The notes: generated by a model not told the origin, from the sequence alone. Counted from the first letter of the stretch, positions 8,189 to 17,701 are shown. The stretch: 64,000 nucleotides of DNA from an uncultured Candidatus Peribacteria bacterium (GCA_964529435.1 CAZGUT010000002.1:33621-97620), one strand, 5' to 3'. Made by a program: numbers and translations.

Positions 8189-8653
8189 ATGAAAAGGCTA
8201 ACAATATTATTTTCTCTGCTGATTTTTGTTTCAGCTTGTGGTTCTGAACCTGTTAATGAGACGGTTTTCGTCGAGTTTTGGGAGTCTGGTGATACACTTG
8301 CGTATGTTGGGGAGGAGACTGTTTCTGGGGAGTATCGTTTGGAGAATGGGATGCTTGGTAATAGGGCTTGTTTTTATCTTGATGAGGCCTCACGGGATTT
8401 GGTGCCGCCTTCTTATTTTGATCTTCCTGAGGATGAGGAGAGATCTTTCTGTTTTAGTGGGGCAGAGAATTTCGATCTTCTTTTAGAGGCTATTGAATTG
8501 GAGTTTGTTGAAGAGGGGTGTGTGCATGTTGGTGATGCTACACTGATGATTACGAATTTTGAGATTAATAAGAGAGAGACGATGGATTGGGATAAGGCTG
8601 TTATAAGTGAGATTATTGAGATTGGGGAGGCTTCTGAGTGTGTTGCTTATTGA
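8189..8653 (+). CDS. Predicted lipoprotein, acidic, Cys-containing (hypothetical)
   Basis: MKRLTILFSLLIFVSAC is a signal peptide plus lipobox. The upstream in-frame alternative start at 8141 was rejected in favour of the ATG at 8189. Confidence 0.7.
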   Translation: MKRLTILFSLLIFVSACGSEPVNETVFVEFWESGDTLAYVGEETVSGEYRLENGMLGNRACFYLDEASRDLVPPSYFDLPEDEERSFCFSGAENFDLLLEAIELEFVEEGCVHVGDATLMITNFEINKRETMDWDKAVISEIIEIGEASECVAY

Positions 8654-8657
8654 GGGC

Positions 8658-8686
8658 TTGACAGGGTGCAAGGAGGTTGTTAAAGT
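8658..8686 (+). promoter_or_regulatory. Promoter TTGACA-17-TAAAGT for the 8718 ORF
   Basis: -35 at 8658-8663 and -10 at 8681-8686. This also argues against the 8607 start. Confidence 0.55.
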
Positions 8687-8717
8687 CGGGTCTTGTTTAA
8701 TTTATAAAAATTTATTT

Positions 8718-9695
8718 ATGGCGAATCGATTGGGACAAGTTAAGGATGTTATTGGAAAGCATTTGCATTTGTTGGCAGAACTTAATGATGAAGGGGAGTT
8801 TGAAGATGTTTTGGATAGGGCTACTGAGGATTTGAGGAGAGCTCGGATTGGTACAGATCCTAGAGCAATGGAGAGGAGAGATGGACAGAGTATTGAGGTG
8901 CTTGATACCTTAACAAGGTCTTTTGGAACGGTTTTGGGAATGTTGGTTAGTGCGCGAGAACGAGCTGATGGAAATCACCAAAGGTGGGCTACGGAAAGAC
9001 TAAGATGTGACGCGTTGGAGGACAAGGCTGGGAGGCTTAAAACCTTGGCTTGGGTGCTTGGTATTGGTGGGCCTATTGGTGGATTGTTTTTAGGTGGGGC
9101 TGTGGTTAAATTTCAGCATGATCCTCCTAATTGGTTTGTTCAGCTTGGCTCTCCAAGTGCAGCAGATATTTCTACTGGGATTTGTAGAGAGTTTGATGGG
9201 CAGGAAATGGCGTTTTTGAATGGTGATCATTGTGTTGTTCCGTGGCCGGTGGCTTCGCAGAGGACTCAAAAAAGTGCTTTGGAAGGGGAGTCGAGAGTTA
9301 CGTACTGTGATTTACCAGAAGAATTCACTAGTATCCCTGGTGAGGGAAGACTTGAGGTTTGTATGCTGACAGCAGAAAATCTTGGTGATAGGCCGGAGGA
9401 TGTTATTGTGGGGTGTGGCGAGGAAACATTGGATGGTAAAATTCATGGTGGTTTTGTGAGGGCTGTGCGTTTGGCAAGAGAGTTAGGATATGAGGATGAT
9501 TTGCAGGTTGTTGCTGGTAGGGAAGGAGCTATTACTACTGGGGCTCTTCAATTGTATGATGAAAGTAATCATAGTTGTAACTATGGCCTTGCGAGTTATG
9601 CATGGGGTGAAACTTCAGAACATAGATATCATGAAAGTGTTGCAACAATGCCTTTGAATGAGTTTTTAGGTGGTCTTGATAATTGTGTTTGGTAA
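8718..9695 (+). CDS. Hypothetical single-pass membrane protein with a Cys-rich C-terminal (extracytoplasmic?) domain
   Basis: Start taken at MANRLGQ. One TM helix (LAWVLGIGGPIGGLFLGGAVV) is followed by about 200 aa containing about 9 Cys. No family was recognised. Confidence 0.65.
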   Translation: MANRLGQVKDVIGKHLHLLAELNDEGEFEDVLDRATEDLRRARIGTDPRAMERRDGQSIEVLDTLTRSFGTVLGMLVSARERADGNHQRWATERLRCDALEDKAGRLKTLAWVLGIGGPIGGLFLGGAVVKFQHDPPNWFVQLGSPSAADISTGICREFDGQEMAFLNGDHCVVPWPVASQRTQKSALEGESRVTYCDLPEEFTSIPGEGRLEVCMLTAENLGDRPEDVIVGCGEETLDGKIHGGFVRAVRLARELGYEDDLQVVAGREGAITTGALQLYDESNHSCNYGLASYAWGETSEHRYHESVATMPLNEFLGGLDNCVW

Positions 9696-9710
9696 AAGGG
9701 GTTTGCAGGT

Positions 9711-9739
9711 TTGACCTTGGGGTGGATTTGTGATACAAT
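9711..9739 (+). promoter_or_regulatory. Promoter TTGACC-17-TACAAT for the partner-switching pair
   Basis: -35 at 9711-9716 and -10 at 9734-9739. The first ATG downstream is at 9759. Confidence 0.55.
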
Positions 9740-9758
9740 AGTATGATTAAATTTGCGT

Positions 9759-10460
9759 ATGGACGATCAAACAAATCCACAAACTCAACAGACTACTCAG
9801 GTGCAAGCGGCGACGCCGCAAGTACAGGGTGCAGCTGTGCCACCCGTGGCGCCTGCTGTTCAGCCAGCTCCGGCTCCGGCGCAGCCAGTTCAACAGTTGG
9901 AACAGACTGTTCCTGAGGCTCAGGCGGTTCAGCCTGCGGCAGTGCCGATTGATGAGATGCCAACTGAAATTAAAATAGTGATTCCGACTCAGGCTTACTT
10001 TATTTCTGGGATTCGGGATTTTGTGGTGAATTTGACTAAGAATATGACTGGGTTTTCTGAACAATGGGCTTATCGTTTTCAGGCAGTGGTTGATGAGCTT
10101 TGTAATAATGCGGTTGAACATGGTAGTAAACCTGGAGATATGATTGAAATTACATTGATTAGTACCAAAGACAAATCGCTTGAAGTGATTGTTGAAGATA
10201 CTGGTACTGGTAATGAGAAAATGACTGCACAACAGATCACGGCGCTTTATCAGGAGCGTAAGCAAATGATGACTGGGCAATATCTTGGTTTCCGAGGACG
10301 TGGTCTTCCAAAAATTGTTGGCGAATGGACTGATGAATTGGTTTTTGAAGATCGTGAGAACGGTGGCCTTCGAGTAAAAGTGAAAAAATATTTACGAAAA
10401 GAGGAAGACAAGGTATCTTCTGCTAAGCAGGGTGATCCTACTCATCTTGTTATTAAATAG
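9759..10460 (+). CDS. RsbW/SpoIIAB-like anti-sigma serine kinase (HATPase_c) with a P/Q/A-rich N-terminal extension
   Basis: N-box ELCNNAVEHG and G1-box VEDTGTG. The first ~65 aa are Q/P/A/V low complexity. The track start at 9753 is TTG, so the ATG at 9759 is preferred. Confidence 0.75.
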   Translation: MDDQTNPQTQQTTQVQAATPQVQGAAVPPVAPAVQPAPAPAQPVQQLEQTVPEAQAVQPAAVPIDEMPTEIKIVIPTQAYFISGIRDFVVNLTKNMTGFSEQWAYRFQAVVDELCNNAVEHGSKPGDMIEITLISTKDKSLEVIVEDTGTGNEKMTAQQITALYQERKQMMTGQYLGFRGRGLPKIVGEWTDELVFEDRENGGLRVKVKKYLRKEEDKVSSAKQGDPTHLVIK

Positions 10461-10475
10461 CCATTACCCTCCACT

Positions 10476-10847
10476 ATGACTCAAGTACAAATCACAATCG
10501 AAGATCTCGCAGGTGCGCCAGCAGGAAAAGTTGTTAAAGTTGTTCACGTTGTTGGGCAGCTTGATGAAACGAATGTTGATGAAGAAGCCAAGAAAATTTA
10601 TGCGCTTCTTGAACAGGTGCCGCAGGGGCTGAATATTATTTTTGATTTTTCTGGGCTTGAATATATGAATAGTAAGTCGATTGGTTATTTGACCGACTGG
10701 TATAGCAAGGTGTCAGGAAGTGGTGGAATGGCTGTGATTGCGGGGGCTCGGGACAATATTGTTGATATTTTACAGGTTGTTGGGCTGACTCAGCTCATCA
10801 ATGCATATCCTACTCTTGAAGAAGCTAAGCTAGCTGTGTCACAATAG
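10476..10847 (+). CDS. STAS-domain anti-sigma-factor antagonist (RsbV/SpoIIAA-like)
   Basis: 123 aa. FDFSGLEYMNSKSIGYL matches the STAS phospho-serine region. It lies immediately downstream of the kinase. Confidence 0.8.
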   Translation: MTQVQITIEDLAGAPAGKVVKVVHVVGQLDETNVDEEAKKIYALLEQVPQGLNIIFDFSGLEYMNSKSIGYLTDWYSKVSGSGGMAVIAGARDNIVDILQVVGLTQLINAYPTLEEAKLAVSQ

Positions 10848-10854
10848 GCTGGCT

Positions 10855-11970
10855 ATGCTCGACAAATTAAAGATTGCCATTGTTTGTGATTGGCTCACTG
10901 TTTACGCAGGGGCGGAACGGGTTATTTATGAGATGCATGAGCTTTTTCCAAAGGTTCCGATTTATACGACACTGTATGACAAGAAGGGATGTGAGGTGTT
11001 TAAAAATGCGGATGTGCGAGAGTCTGGATTGAGATTTTTTCCGTTTGCGAGGAAGTTTCATCGGTTTTTCTTTCCGCTGATGCCGGGTGTTTTTGAACGG
11101 ATGGATTTGGATGATTATGATCTGGTGCTGAGCTCAAGTCATGCTGCGGCAAAGGGGATAATTACTAAGCCAGAGACCTTGCATGTGAGCTATTGTCATT
11201 CGCCGATTAGATATGTTTGGGATCAGTCTCATTCTTATCAGAAGGGATTTTGGATTTTTAGAGTGTTGAAAAGTTTGCTAAGTCCGATTTTGCATAAAGT
11301 GCGGATTTGGGATCGTGTGGCGGCGGATAGGGTGGATAGATTTGTAGCGAATTCTGAGTATGTGGGTAAGAGGATAAGGAAATATTATGATCGGGAGAGT
11401 GATGTTATTCATCCGCCGGTGGATTTGGGACGATTTAATTTGGGGAAGGGAAAGCGTGAGTATTATTTAGCGGTGGGAAGGCTAATTCCGTACAAGCGAT
11501 TTGATTTGGTGGTAGATGCTTTTAATAAGTTGGGGAAGGATCTAAAAATTGTTGGGACGGGGCCTGAGATGAGGAAATTGAAGAGGAGAGCTGGAAAGAA
11601 TGTGGAGTTTGTGGGGAAAGTGAGTGATGAAGAGTTAAAGACGATTTATCAGGGGGCGAAGGCACTGATTTTCCCACAACTTGAGGATTTTGGAATCGTT
11701 CCGCTTGAAGCGATGGCCTGTGGAGCGCCGGTGATTGCTTATGGAAAAGGTGGTGCTTTGGAGACGGTGAGGGATGGAGTGTCTGGATTGTTTTTTGATG
11801 AACAGAATGTGAGAAGTTTGAAGAAGGCTGTGAAGCAGTTTGAGAAGAAGAGATGGAGTGCGAAGAAGGTTGCTGCAAGTGTGGAAGGGTTTTCGTCGGC
11901 TAGGTTTAAGGCGGAGCTGAGGCATTTTCTTGAGAAAGCTTGGAAAGAGCATAAAGAGATGTTAGGCTGA
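10855..11970 (+). CDS. Glycosyltransferase family 4 (GT-B, RfaB-like)
   Basis: C-terminal EDFGIVPLEAMACGAPVIAYGKGGALETV is the E-x7-E GT4 signature. Confidence 0.85.
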   Translation: MLDKLKIAIVCDWLTVYAGAERVIYEMHELFPKVPIYTTLYDKKGCEVFKNADVRESGLRFFPFARKFHRFFFPLMPGVFERMDLDDYDLVLSSSHAAAKGIITKPETLHVSYCHSPIRYVWDQSHSYQKGFWIFRVLKSLLSPILHKVRIWDRVAADRVDRFVANSEYVGKRIRKYYDRESDVIHPPVDLGRFNLGKGKREYYLAVGRLIPYKRFDLVVDAFNKLGKDLKIVGTGPEMRKLKRRAGKNVEFVGKVSDEELKTIYQGAKALIFPQLEDFGIVPLEAMACGAPVIAYGKGGALETVRDGVSGLFFDEQNVRSLKKAVKQFEKKRWSAKKVAASVEGFSSARFKAELRHFLEKAWKEHKEMLG

Positions 11971-11974
11971 TGCC

Positions 11975-12532
11975 ATGAAGATAAAAAAGTTACATTTATG
12001 GTTTACATTGGGCGTTGTGCTTGGGGCGTTTCTAGGTTCTCTTTTTTATGTGAGCAATCTTGGTGAGCCGGAAAACAAGGCGATTGCTTTTGTGACTTTG
12101 GGTGTAGATCCGATTGTTGGAGAGAATTCTTCTTATGAGTTGCATCGGGCGGCGGAGCATTTTTCACATATTGTGCTGGGTTGGACTATTGAGCCGGCTT
12201 TTGTGACTGAGATGGGAGGGGAATATGGCTTTTCTGCTCAGAGGCAGGAGAAGCAAAGCATGCTTTTTGAGGTGACTGGGGCTTCAGTTTTGGATACGGT
12301 GCCAGCGGAACAGATGCTTGATTTGGTGAAACAGAGAATTGAGGAATATAACGATGCGGCAGGTGCAGAATATGTTGTCGCTGTTGAGAGATTTAGTTTT
12401 TTGGAGGGAGAAAGATCTGAGTGGCGGATTATTGCGGGTGTGACTATATTATCTCTGGTTTTTGTAGTTTTATTATTGATGATTTTTGAGAATTTATATG
12501 CGAGTCGCTATCGATCTTCGTACACTTCTTGA
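11975..12532 (+). CDS. Hypothetical membrane protein with Wzz/PCP-like topology
   Basis: TM helices at both ends flank a ~130-aa soluble domain. It sits between two GT4 genes. Confidence 0.5.
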   Translation: MKIKKLHLWFTLGVVLGAFLGSLFYVSNLGEPENKAIAFVTLGVDPIVGENSSYELHRAAEHFSHIVLGWTIEPAFVTEMGGEYGFSAQRQEKQSMLFEVTGASVLDTVPAEQMLDLVKQRIEEYNDAAGAEYVVAVERFSFLEGERSEWRIIAGVTILSLVFVVLLLMIFENLYASRYRSSYTS

Positions 12533-13520
12533 GCCTTTTGAAAGTGGAATTAGCGTTTACACGAAGGCGATGCTTTCTGAATTTTTGAAAATGAAAGGCG
12601 TGGAGGTGGAACTTTTTTATCAGTCGCGAAAGAGATGTGAGAGAGTTCATAAAATGTTTCCTGGGGTGCGACATATCCCAATTTCGACTTTTTGGCACAG
12701 GTTTAAGTCGCTACTGAGGTTTCCGGTTTTGCCGGATGGGTATTTTAAAAAGAAGCCGGATGTGATTTGGCTGCCGAACAGAAAGGAGTTTTACAGGACT
12801 GAGATTCCGGTTGTGATGACGGTGCATGATTTGGTGCCGGAGAGGTTTGGGCGGACGATGTCGGTGAAGGGGCGGATTTTGCATAAGCTTTTTTCGCTGA
12901 AGCGGATTTTGCGGCTTTGTGATGGGGTGATTGTGCCGAGCAGTAGTGTTGGTGTGAGTTTGCCGAGGGGACTGAGAAAAGAAGTGACTTTTGAAGGAGT
13001 GAGTTTGGCTAAAAAGACGGAAAAGGTGAAAGTGAAGAAGCCTTTCTTTTTGACGATTGCGCCGGCGGATCCAAGGAAGAGGCTTTCTTGGACTGTGCAG
13101 ATGGCTAAGGAATTTCCAAAGATGAATTTTGTGATTGCTGGGATGAAGGAAGGGGATAAGAGGTTTGGGCGGTGCAAAATAAAAGAGAGTAAGAATTTGT
13201 TTTTGTTGGGACGGGTTAGTGAGGAGGAGAAGACGTGGCTTTTGAGAAATGCTAGGGCTCTTTTGGCTTTGAGCAGGTATGAGGGGTTTGATTTGCCAGT
13301 TTTGGAGGCGGTAAAGGCGAAATGTCCTGTGATTATGAGTGATATTGCGGTGCACAGGGAGCTTTATAAAGATGCGGATTTTGTTGGGAATTTAGAAGAG
13401 CTTAGGGCTGCGATATTGAGAGATGCGCGTGTGCCAAAACCGCGTGGTGATTACACGTGGGAGGGGGCTGCAAAACGGGCTTTACTTCTTTTTAGACGCG
13501 TAGTCGCGGACAAAAATTGA
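12498..13520 (+). CDS. Glycosyltransferase family 4
   Basis: MRVAIDLRTLL start, and YEGFDLPVLEAVKAKCPVIMSD GT4 motif. Confidence 0.8.
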   Translation: MRVAIDLRTLLEPFESGISVYTKAMLSEFLKMKGVEVELFYQSRKRCERVHKMFPGVRHIPISTFWHRFKSLLRFPVLPDGYFKKKPDVIWLPNRKEFYRTEIPVVMTVHDLVPERFGRTMSVKGRILHKLFSLKRILRLCDGVIVPSSSVGVSLPRGLRKEVTFEGVSLAKKTEKVKVKKPFFLTIAPADPRKRLSWTVQMAKEFPKMNFVIAGMKEGDKRFGRCKIKESKNLFLLGRVSEEEKTWLLRNARALLALSRYEGFDLPVLEAVKAKCPVIMSDIAVHRELYKDADFVGNLEELRAAILRDARVPKPRGDYTWEGAAKRALLLFRRVVADKN

Positions 13521-14690
13521 TAAGGTGGCTGTGACCGGAATTGCGATGATAATCCCAAGGATTCCGAGTGTCTCGAAACCGATTAGCACTGCGAGAATTG
13601 TAATGATGGGATTCAGGCCTACCGCTTTTTTCATTACAAGCGGAATGAGGACTTGTCCTTCAATTTGTTGTAGTAGGATGATTAGACCGAATACCCAGAT
13701 GGCGAGCCAGGGGGATTCATTGAATCCAACTAGAACGGCTGGAACCCCTGCCATAATTGGGCCAACAACAGGGAGTAATTCTGCGATTCCTGCCATCATT
13801 GCGAGCGTGAGTGCGTAGTCGACTCCAAGGATGAGGAGCCCTATTAAAGTTAAGGAGAACATCAACAAGATCATGATCATTTGGCCGCGGAGCCAGTCGC
13901 CGACTTTGTCTTTTATGCTTTCAAGTTTTTCAACTATGTATTGGCCGTGTTTTGAGGGGAAAAGAGAGATGAAGAAGTCGTCTACGCTGCGTTCATTTAC
14001 TACTAAGAAGAAAGTGAGAATTAGGACGAGAACAAAATTAAATATTCCGTTAAACAGTGCTTTTATTGCGCCAAAGGTGTTACCAGCAACAGATTGGAGT
14101 TGAGTGCCAATTGTCTCTAATGTGGCTTGAAGTTGACTGATCACCGTTTCTTGATCGACGTTTTCTAAGATGCTGTTGAAGAGGTTTTGGATTGTTTCGC
14201 CAAAGAGAAAGTCGCTGTTTCCGCTGCTCAAGTTATTGACGATTGAACTTAAGTTTTTTGCGAGTTCGATTAGTTGGGTTGCTACGAGTGGAATTAATTG
14301 TGAGATGAAGAAGCCGAGTACACCGATTAAAATCAGGAATATGAGTAAAACGCTGACTGGGCGAGGGATTTTACGTTTTTCTAGTTTGTCGACGGTTGAA
14401 TCCAGGGCTGCAGCAAAGAGGATTGCAATAAAAAAGATGATGATGACGTTCAGAATTTGACCGAGGAAATTTGTGAGAATGACAAGGCCAATAACTATGA
14501 GTGTAGCTTTGGCTACGCTTGCTGTTGATAAATGCATTATGACCTCCTCTTTGTGTTTGGGTTTGGGTTGATGGGTTTTTGGACGACGTTTGCGTTTTGA
14601 TTGTTCTTTTTTTAGGCGTTGAACTGTCTCATGCAGTTTTTTGATCTGGCCTGTGGTTTGTTTGAAGAATTTTGAGAGTCCGTCTGCCAT
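13482..14690 (-). CDS. AI-2E family transporter (PerM/UPF0118)
   Basis: About 8 TM helices and the conserved C-terminal LGILGIIIAIPVTA. The start is set at MADGLSK (14690), directly after the upstream stop. Confidence 0.8.
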   Translation of the reverse strand: MADGLSKFFKQTTGQIKKLHETVQRLKKEQSKRKRRPKTHQPKPKHKEEVIMHLSTASVAKATLIVIGLVILTNFLGQILNVIIIFFIAILFAAALDSTVDKLEKRKIPRPVSVLLIFLILIGVLGFFISQLIPLVATQLIELAKNLSSIVNNLSSGNSDFLFGETIQNLFNSILENVDQETVISQLQATLETIGTQLQSVAGNTFGAIKALFNGIFNFVLVLILTFFLVVNERSVDDFFISLFPSKHGQYIVEKLESIKDKVGDWLRGQMIMILLMFSLTLIGLLILGVDYALTLAMMAGIAELLPVVGPIMAGVPAVLVGFNESPWLAIWVFGLIILLQQIEGQVLIPLVMKKAVGLNPIITILAVLIGFETLGILGIIIAIPVTATLSIFVRDYASKKK

Positions 14691-14692
14691 GT

Positions 14693-15145
14693 TTAAGCGG
14701 TTAGAGCGAGTAAGAGAACGTTTACAATTACCCAAGAAAGGGTGGCGAGGACAAGGCCTCCGATTGCATATTTGATTATGGTTTTACCTTTTTCTTTGTC
14801 ATCTGTGAGTCCGCCGGCGATGTAATAATATGCGCCGACTATGATCATTAAGATTGAAAGAAGGGCTGCGATGCTGAGGAGGAATTCGAGGGCGTAGACA
14901 ACGAAGTATTTGACCATCCAGAACTGGATTTTTCCGTTCTGGATTGCGCAACCAAGAAGTGAATCCCAACTACTACCGTCTTTTTTGAATTCTTCTTCAA
15001 TTAGTCCTGGGTCTGCATATTCAAATATGGCGTCACAATAACCTGCATCTCCAGCTTCAGGGAGTATGGAGCTTGCGGCGAAACTCTGAGGGATGAGTGT
15101 GAATAAGAGAAGGGCGAGCGTGAGAGCTAGGATGATTTTTTTCAT
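14693..15145 (-). CDS. Small secreted two-TM protein, TrbC/VirB2 pilin-like (inference)
   Basis: Signal peptide MKKIILALTLALLLFTLIPQSFA, then two long hydrophobic helices; 150 aa. Confidence 0.45.
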   Translation of the reverse strand: MKKIILALTLALLLFTLIPQSFAASSILPEAGDAGYCDAIFEYADPGLIEEEFKKDGSSWDSLLGCAIQNGKIQFWMVKYFVVYALEFLLSIAALLSILMIIVGAYYYIAGGLTDDKEKGKTIIKYAIGGLVLATLSWVIVNVLLLALTA

Positions 15146-15168
15146 GTGCGCGTGGTTACCTAGACACT

Positions 15169-15792
15169 TTACTCAAAAGGGGGCAGGGCTGGCAAGTTTT
15201 CTTGGAAAAGTGCGCTGCCCAGGCGCAACATTGTTGAGCCTTCCTGGATTGCGATATTGTAGTCGTTGGACATGCCCATGGAACATTCTGGGAGAGTGCC
15301 CTGGAGAGATTTTAAGAGGTGGAATTCTTCTTCTGGGTGTGAAGATGCCATGCCCATGATACCGATTAGTTCTATGTTGGGGAGGGAAGAGATTTTTTGC
15401 GTTAACGCAAAAACTTCTTCTGGAAGACAACCGCTGCGTTGGGGGAGGTCGGAGATATTTACTTGTAATAGGACTTGGATATTTCTCCCTAGGGAGGATG
15501 CGTGTTTAGAAATTTTTTCTGCTTGTTTCAAGTTTTCTACGCTTTGGATGACGTCAAATAGTTCTACAATTTTTGGGATTTTGCGTGATTGGAGTTTGCC
15601 AATGAAGTGTTTTTCTAGGTTCTGGGGCAGGGACGGGAATTTTTCTTCGGCTTCGTGGAGACGATTTTCTGCGATGCGTGTGATACCGGTTTTTTGCAGC
15701 ATATCAGTGATTTCAGGTACGCTGCGGTTCTTAGTTACTGCAACAAGCTTGAGCTTTTCAACTGATTTTGCTAGATTTGAGTTTGTATTCAT
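15169..15792 (-). CDS. yggS: YggS-family pyridoxal-phosphate homeostasis protein
   Basis: LVAVTKNRS (PLP lysine), HFIGKLQSRK and MGMSNDY. Confidence 0.85.
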   Translation of the reverse strand: MNTNSNLAKSVEKLKLVAVTKNRSVPEITDMLQKTGITRIAENRLHEAEEKFPSLPQNLEKHFIGKLQSRKIPKIVELFDVIQSVENLKQAEKISKHASSLGRNIQVLLQVNISDLPQRSGCLPEEVFALTQKISSLPNIELIGIMGMASSHPEEEFHLLKSLQGTLPECSMGMSNDYNIAIQEGSTMLRLGSALFQENLPALPPFE

Positions 15793-15801
15793 GAATTTTA
15801 T

Positions 15802-17151
15802 ATGTCATCGGCACTTGTTGCTATTGTAGGCCGTCCGAATGTAGGGAAGTCAACCTTATTTAATCGCTTTGTTGGGAAAAGACAGGCAATTGAGTCGGAT
15901 ATTCCTGGGACTACTCGGGATAGACTTTATCATAAGGCTGAATTGAGTGGTTATGACACGCTTGTTGTCGACACTGGAGGTTTGGAGCTTGGAAAGGAAG
16001 GGGATGATTTGGAGGCGAATGTGCAGGAGCAGTCCAGAGTGGCGATTGAGGGGGCGGATGTAATTTTGTTTATGGTGGATATTCGGCAGGAGCTGACTAG
16101 TGAGGATTTTCATGCGGCAGATATTTTGCGGAAGTCGAAGAAGCATGTGATTTTGGTGGCAAATAAATGTGATAACTCAAGTCTTGAAGAACAAGTTTTC
16201 AATTTGTATGAGCTTGGATTTGGTGAGCCTGTGCCGATTGCGGCGTCACATTCTGATGGTTTGGATAAATTGGAAAGTCGAGTTGGGATTGCATTGAAGG
16301 ATTTGGGTTTTGAAAAGGGTGCGGGTGAGAAAAAGGATAAGGATGGGAGGATAAAGATTGCGTTTTTGGGTAGGCCGAATGTAGGGAAGTCGACCATGGT
16401 GAATGGGCTTTTGGGGAAGAAGGCGGTTGTGGTTTCAGAGGTGCCTGGTACAACGAGAGATGCGTCTGAGTTGGATTTTGAATATAAAGGGACGGAGTTT
16501 ACGCTGATTGATACGGCTGGGCTGCGGCGGCGGGGGAAGATTGAGAAGGGCTTGGAGAAGTATAGTGTGCTGCGGACGATGCAATCTGTTAATGAGGCGG
16601 ATGTTTGTGTGTTGATGATGGATTTTGTGGAGGGGATTACGAGTCAGGATTGTCATGTGAGTCAGTATATTTTGGAGGAGAATAAAGGTTTGATTTTGGT
16701 GGTTAATAAGGTGGATTTGGAGGCGGGGAAGGTGCGTGAGGATTTGGAGAATCAATTCATTCGTCGCTTAAAAAGTAAAATGGCTTATGTGCCGTGGGCG
16801 CCGGTTGTGTTTTCTTCTGCGCTGAAGAGGAAGAATATTTTTCAGATTTTGGAGCTTTCCAAGGGGATTTATGATGAGCGAAGGAAGGAGGTTTTGGAGA
16901 AGGATTTGCTTGTGTGGTTGGAGATGACGCTGGCAAAGCATCCACCACGTGGTGCGCGGGGGAAGAGGCGATTTAATGTTTTGGGTGTGGAGCAAAAAGG
17001 AACGGAGCCACCGACTTTTGTGTTTTATTGTGAGTGGCCGGAGATTATGCACTTTTCATATGCGCGGTATTTGGAAAATGAGCTGCGAGAGCAGTTTGGA
17101 TTCACCGGTGCAGCGGTAAAAATGGTGTTTAGGAGGCCGGGGAGGGGTTGA
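15802..17151 (+). CDS. der: Ribosome-associated GTPase Der (EngA)
   Basis: Two G domains, each with GRPNVGKST, plus a KH-like C-terminus. Confidence 0.93.
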   Translation: MSSALVAIVGRPNVGKSTLFNRFVGKRQAIESDIPGTTRDRLYHKAELSGYDTLVVDTGGLELGKEGDDLEANVQEQSRVAIEGADVILFMVDIRQELTSEDFHAADILRKSKKHVILVANKCDNSSLEEQVFNLYELGFGEPVPIAASHSDGLDKLESRVGIALKDLGFEKGAGEKKDKDGRIKIAFLGRPNVGKSTMVNGLLGKKAVVVSEVPGTTRDASELDFEYKGTEFTLIDTAGLRRRGKIEKGLEKYSVLRTMQSVNEADVCVLMMDFVEGITSQDCHVSQYILEENKGLILVVNKVDLEAGKVREDLENQFIRRLKSKMAYVPWAPVVFSSALKRKNIFQILELSKGIYDERRKEVLEKDLLVWLEMTLAKHPPRGARGKRRFNVLGVEQKGTEPPTFVFYCEWPEIMHFSYARYLENELREQFGFTGAAVKMVFRRPGRG

Positions 17152-17701
17152 TAAAGTTTGGGTTTGGCAGAAGAGCTAATCCTTCTTCACCTCTGCCATT
17201 TCTTCTGTAGATTCTTCCTATATAAAATAGGTGAGGTTCTTTTTCTGGCTCTATGTTTACACGGGAGAAAAAGCCTTTTTGGAGAAGAGATTGCACCAGG
17301 TTATGAATTTCTCCTTCTTCTCTATCGAGTTCTTTTGCCAGCTCTGCAACTGAATAGCCGTGTTCTGGATGTGCGTATTGCAGCATTATTAGTATTTCTC
17401 TCTCTGGCACTTCTAATCCATCTCTCAATTCAGGATCGGCTAGCCATACTGCACTTTCTGACATCATTCGTCCTGTTTCACCACTGACTCCTCTTTGTTG
17501 TTCTGCAAGTGCTCTGTGTGAAGTTTTTAATGCTTCTGTAGCTTCAGGGCCTATGACTTTGAAGGCTGTATCTACAACTGCATTTCTTATGCCGTCAACT
17601 CTATGTCCTAGTACTTCTGCGACTAATTTGTGAGATGCTTTGATTGTGGGGATTACTAGTTTATCTACGAATTCACCTAAGCCATTTGGTGGTGGGATCA
17701 T
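17129..17701 (-). CDS. ORFan with a C-terminal winged-helix (MarR/ArsR-like) DNA-binding domain
   Basis: EREILIMLQYAHPEHGYSVAELAKELDREEGEIHNLVQSLLQKGFFSRV resembles a wHTH. The N-terminal LVAEVLGH...VDTAFK...EAL weakly resembles the ORFs at 25569 and 38560. It overlaps the der 3' end by 23 nt. Confidence 0.6.
   Translation of the reverse strand: MIPPPNGLGEFVDKLVIPTIKASHKLVAEVLGHRVDGIRNAVVDTAFKVIGPEATEALKTSHRALAEQQRGVSGETGRMMSESAVWLADPELRDGLEVPEREILIMLQYAHPEHGYSVAELAKELDREEGEIHNLVQSLLQKGFFSRVNIEPEKEPHLFYIGRIYRRNGRGEEGLALLPNPNFINPSPAS

Noticed and set aside
8141-8717. The longer starts at 8141 (lipoprotein) and 8607 (next ORF, which would overlap it).
   Set aside because: 8189 gives a canonical signal peptide and lipobox. 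A TTGACA-17-TAAAGT promoter at 8658-8686 lies inside the putative 8607 extension, so the ATG at 8718 is preferred.
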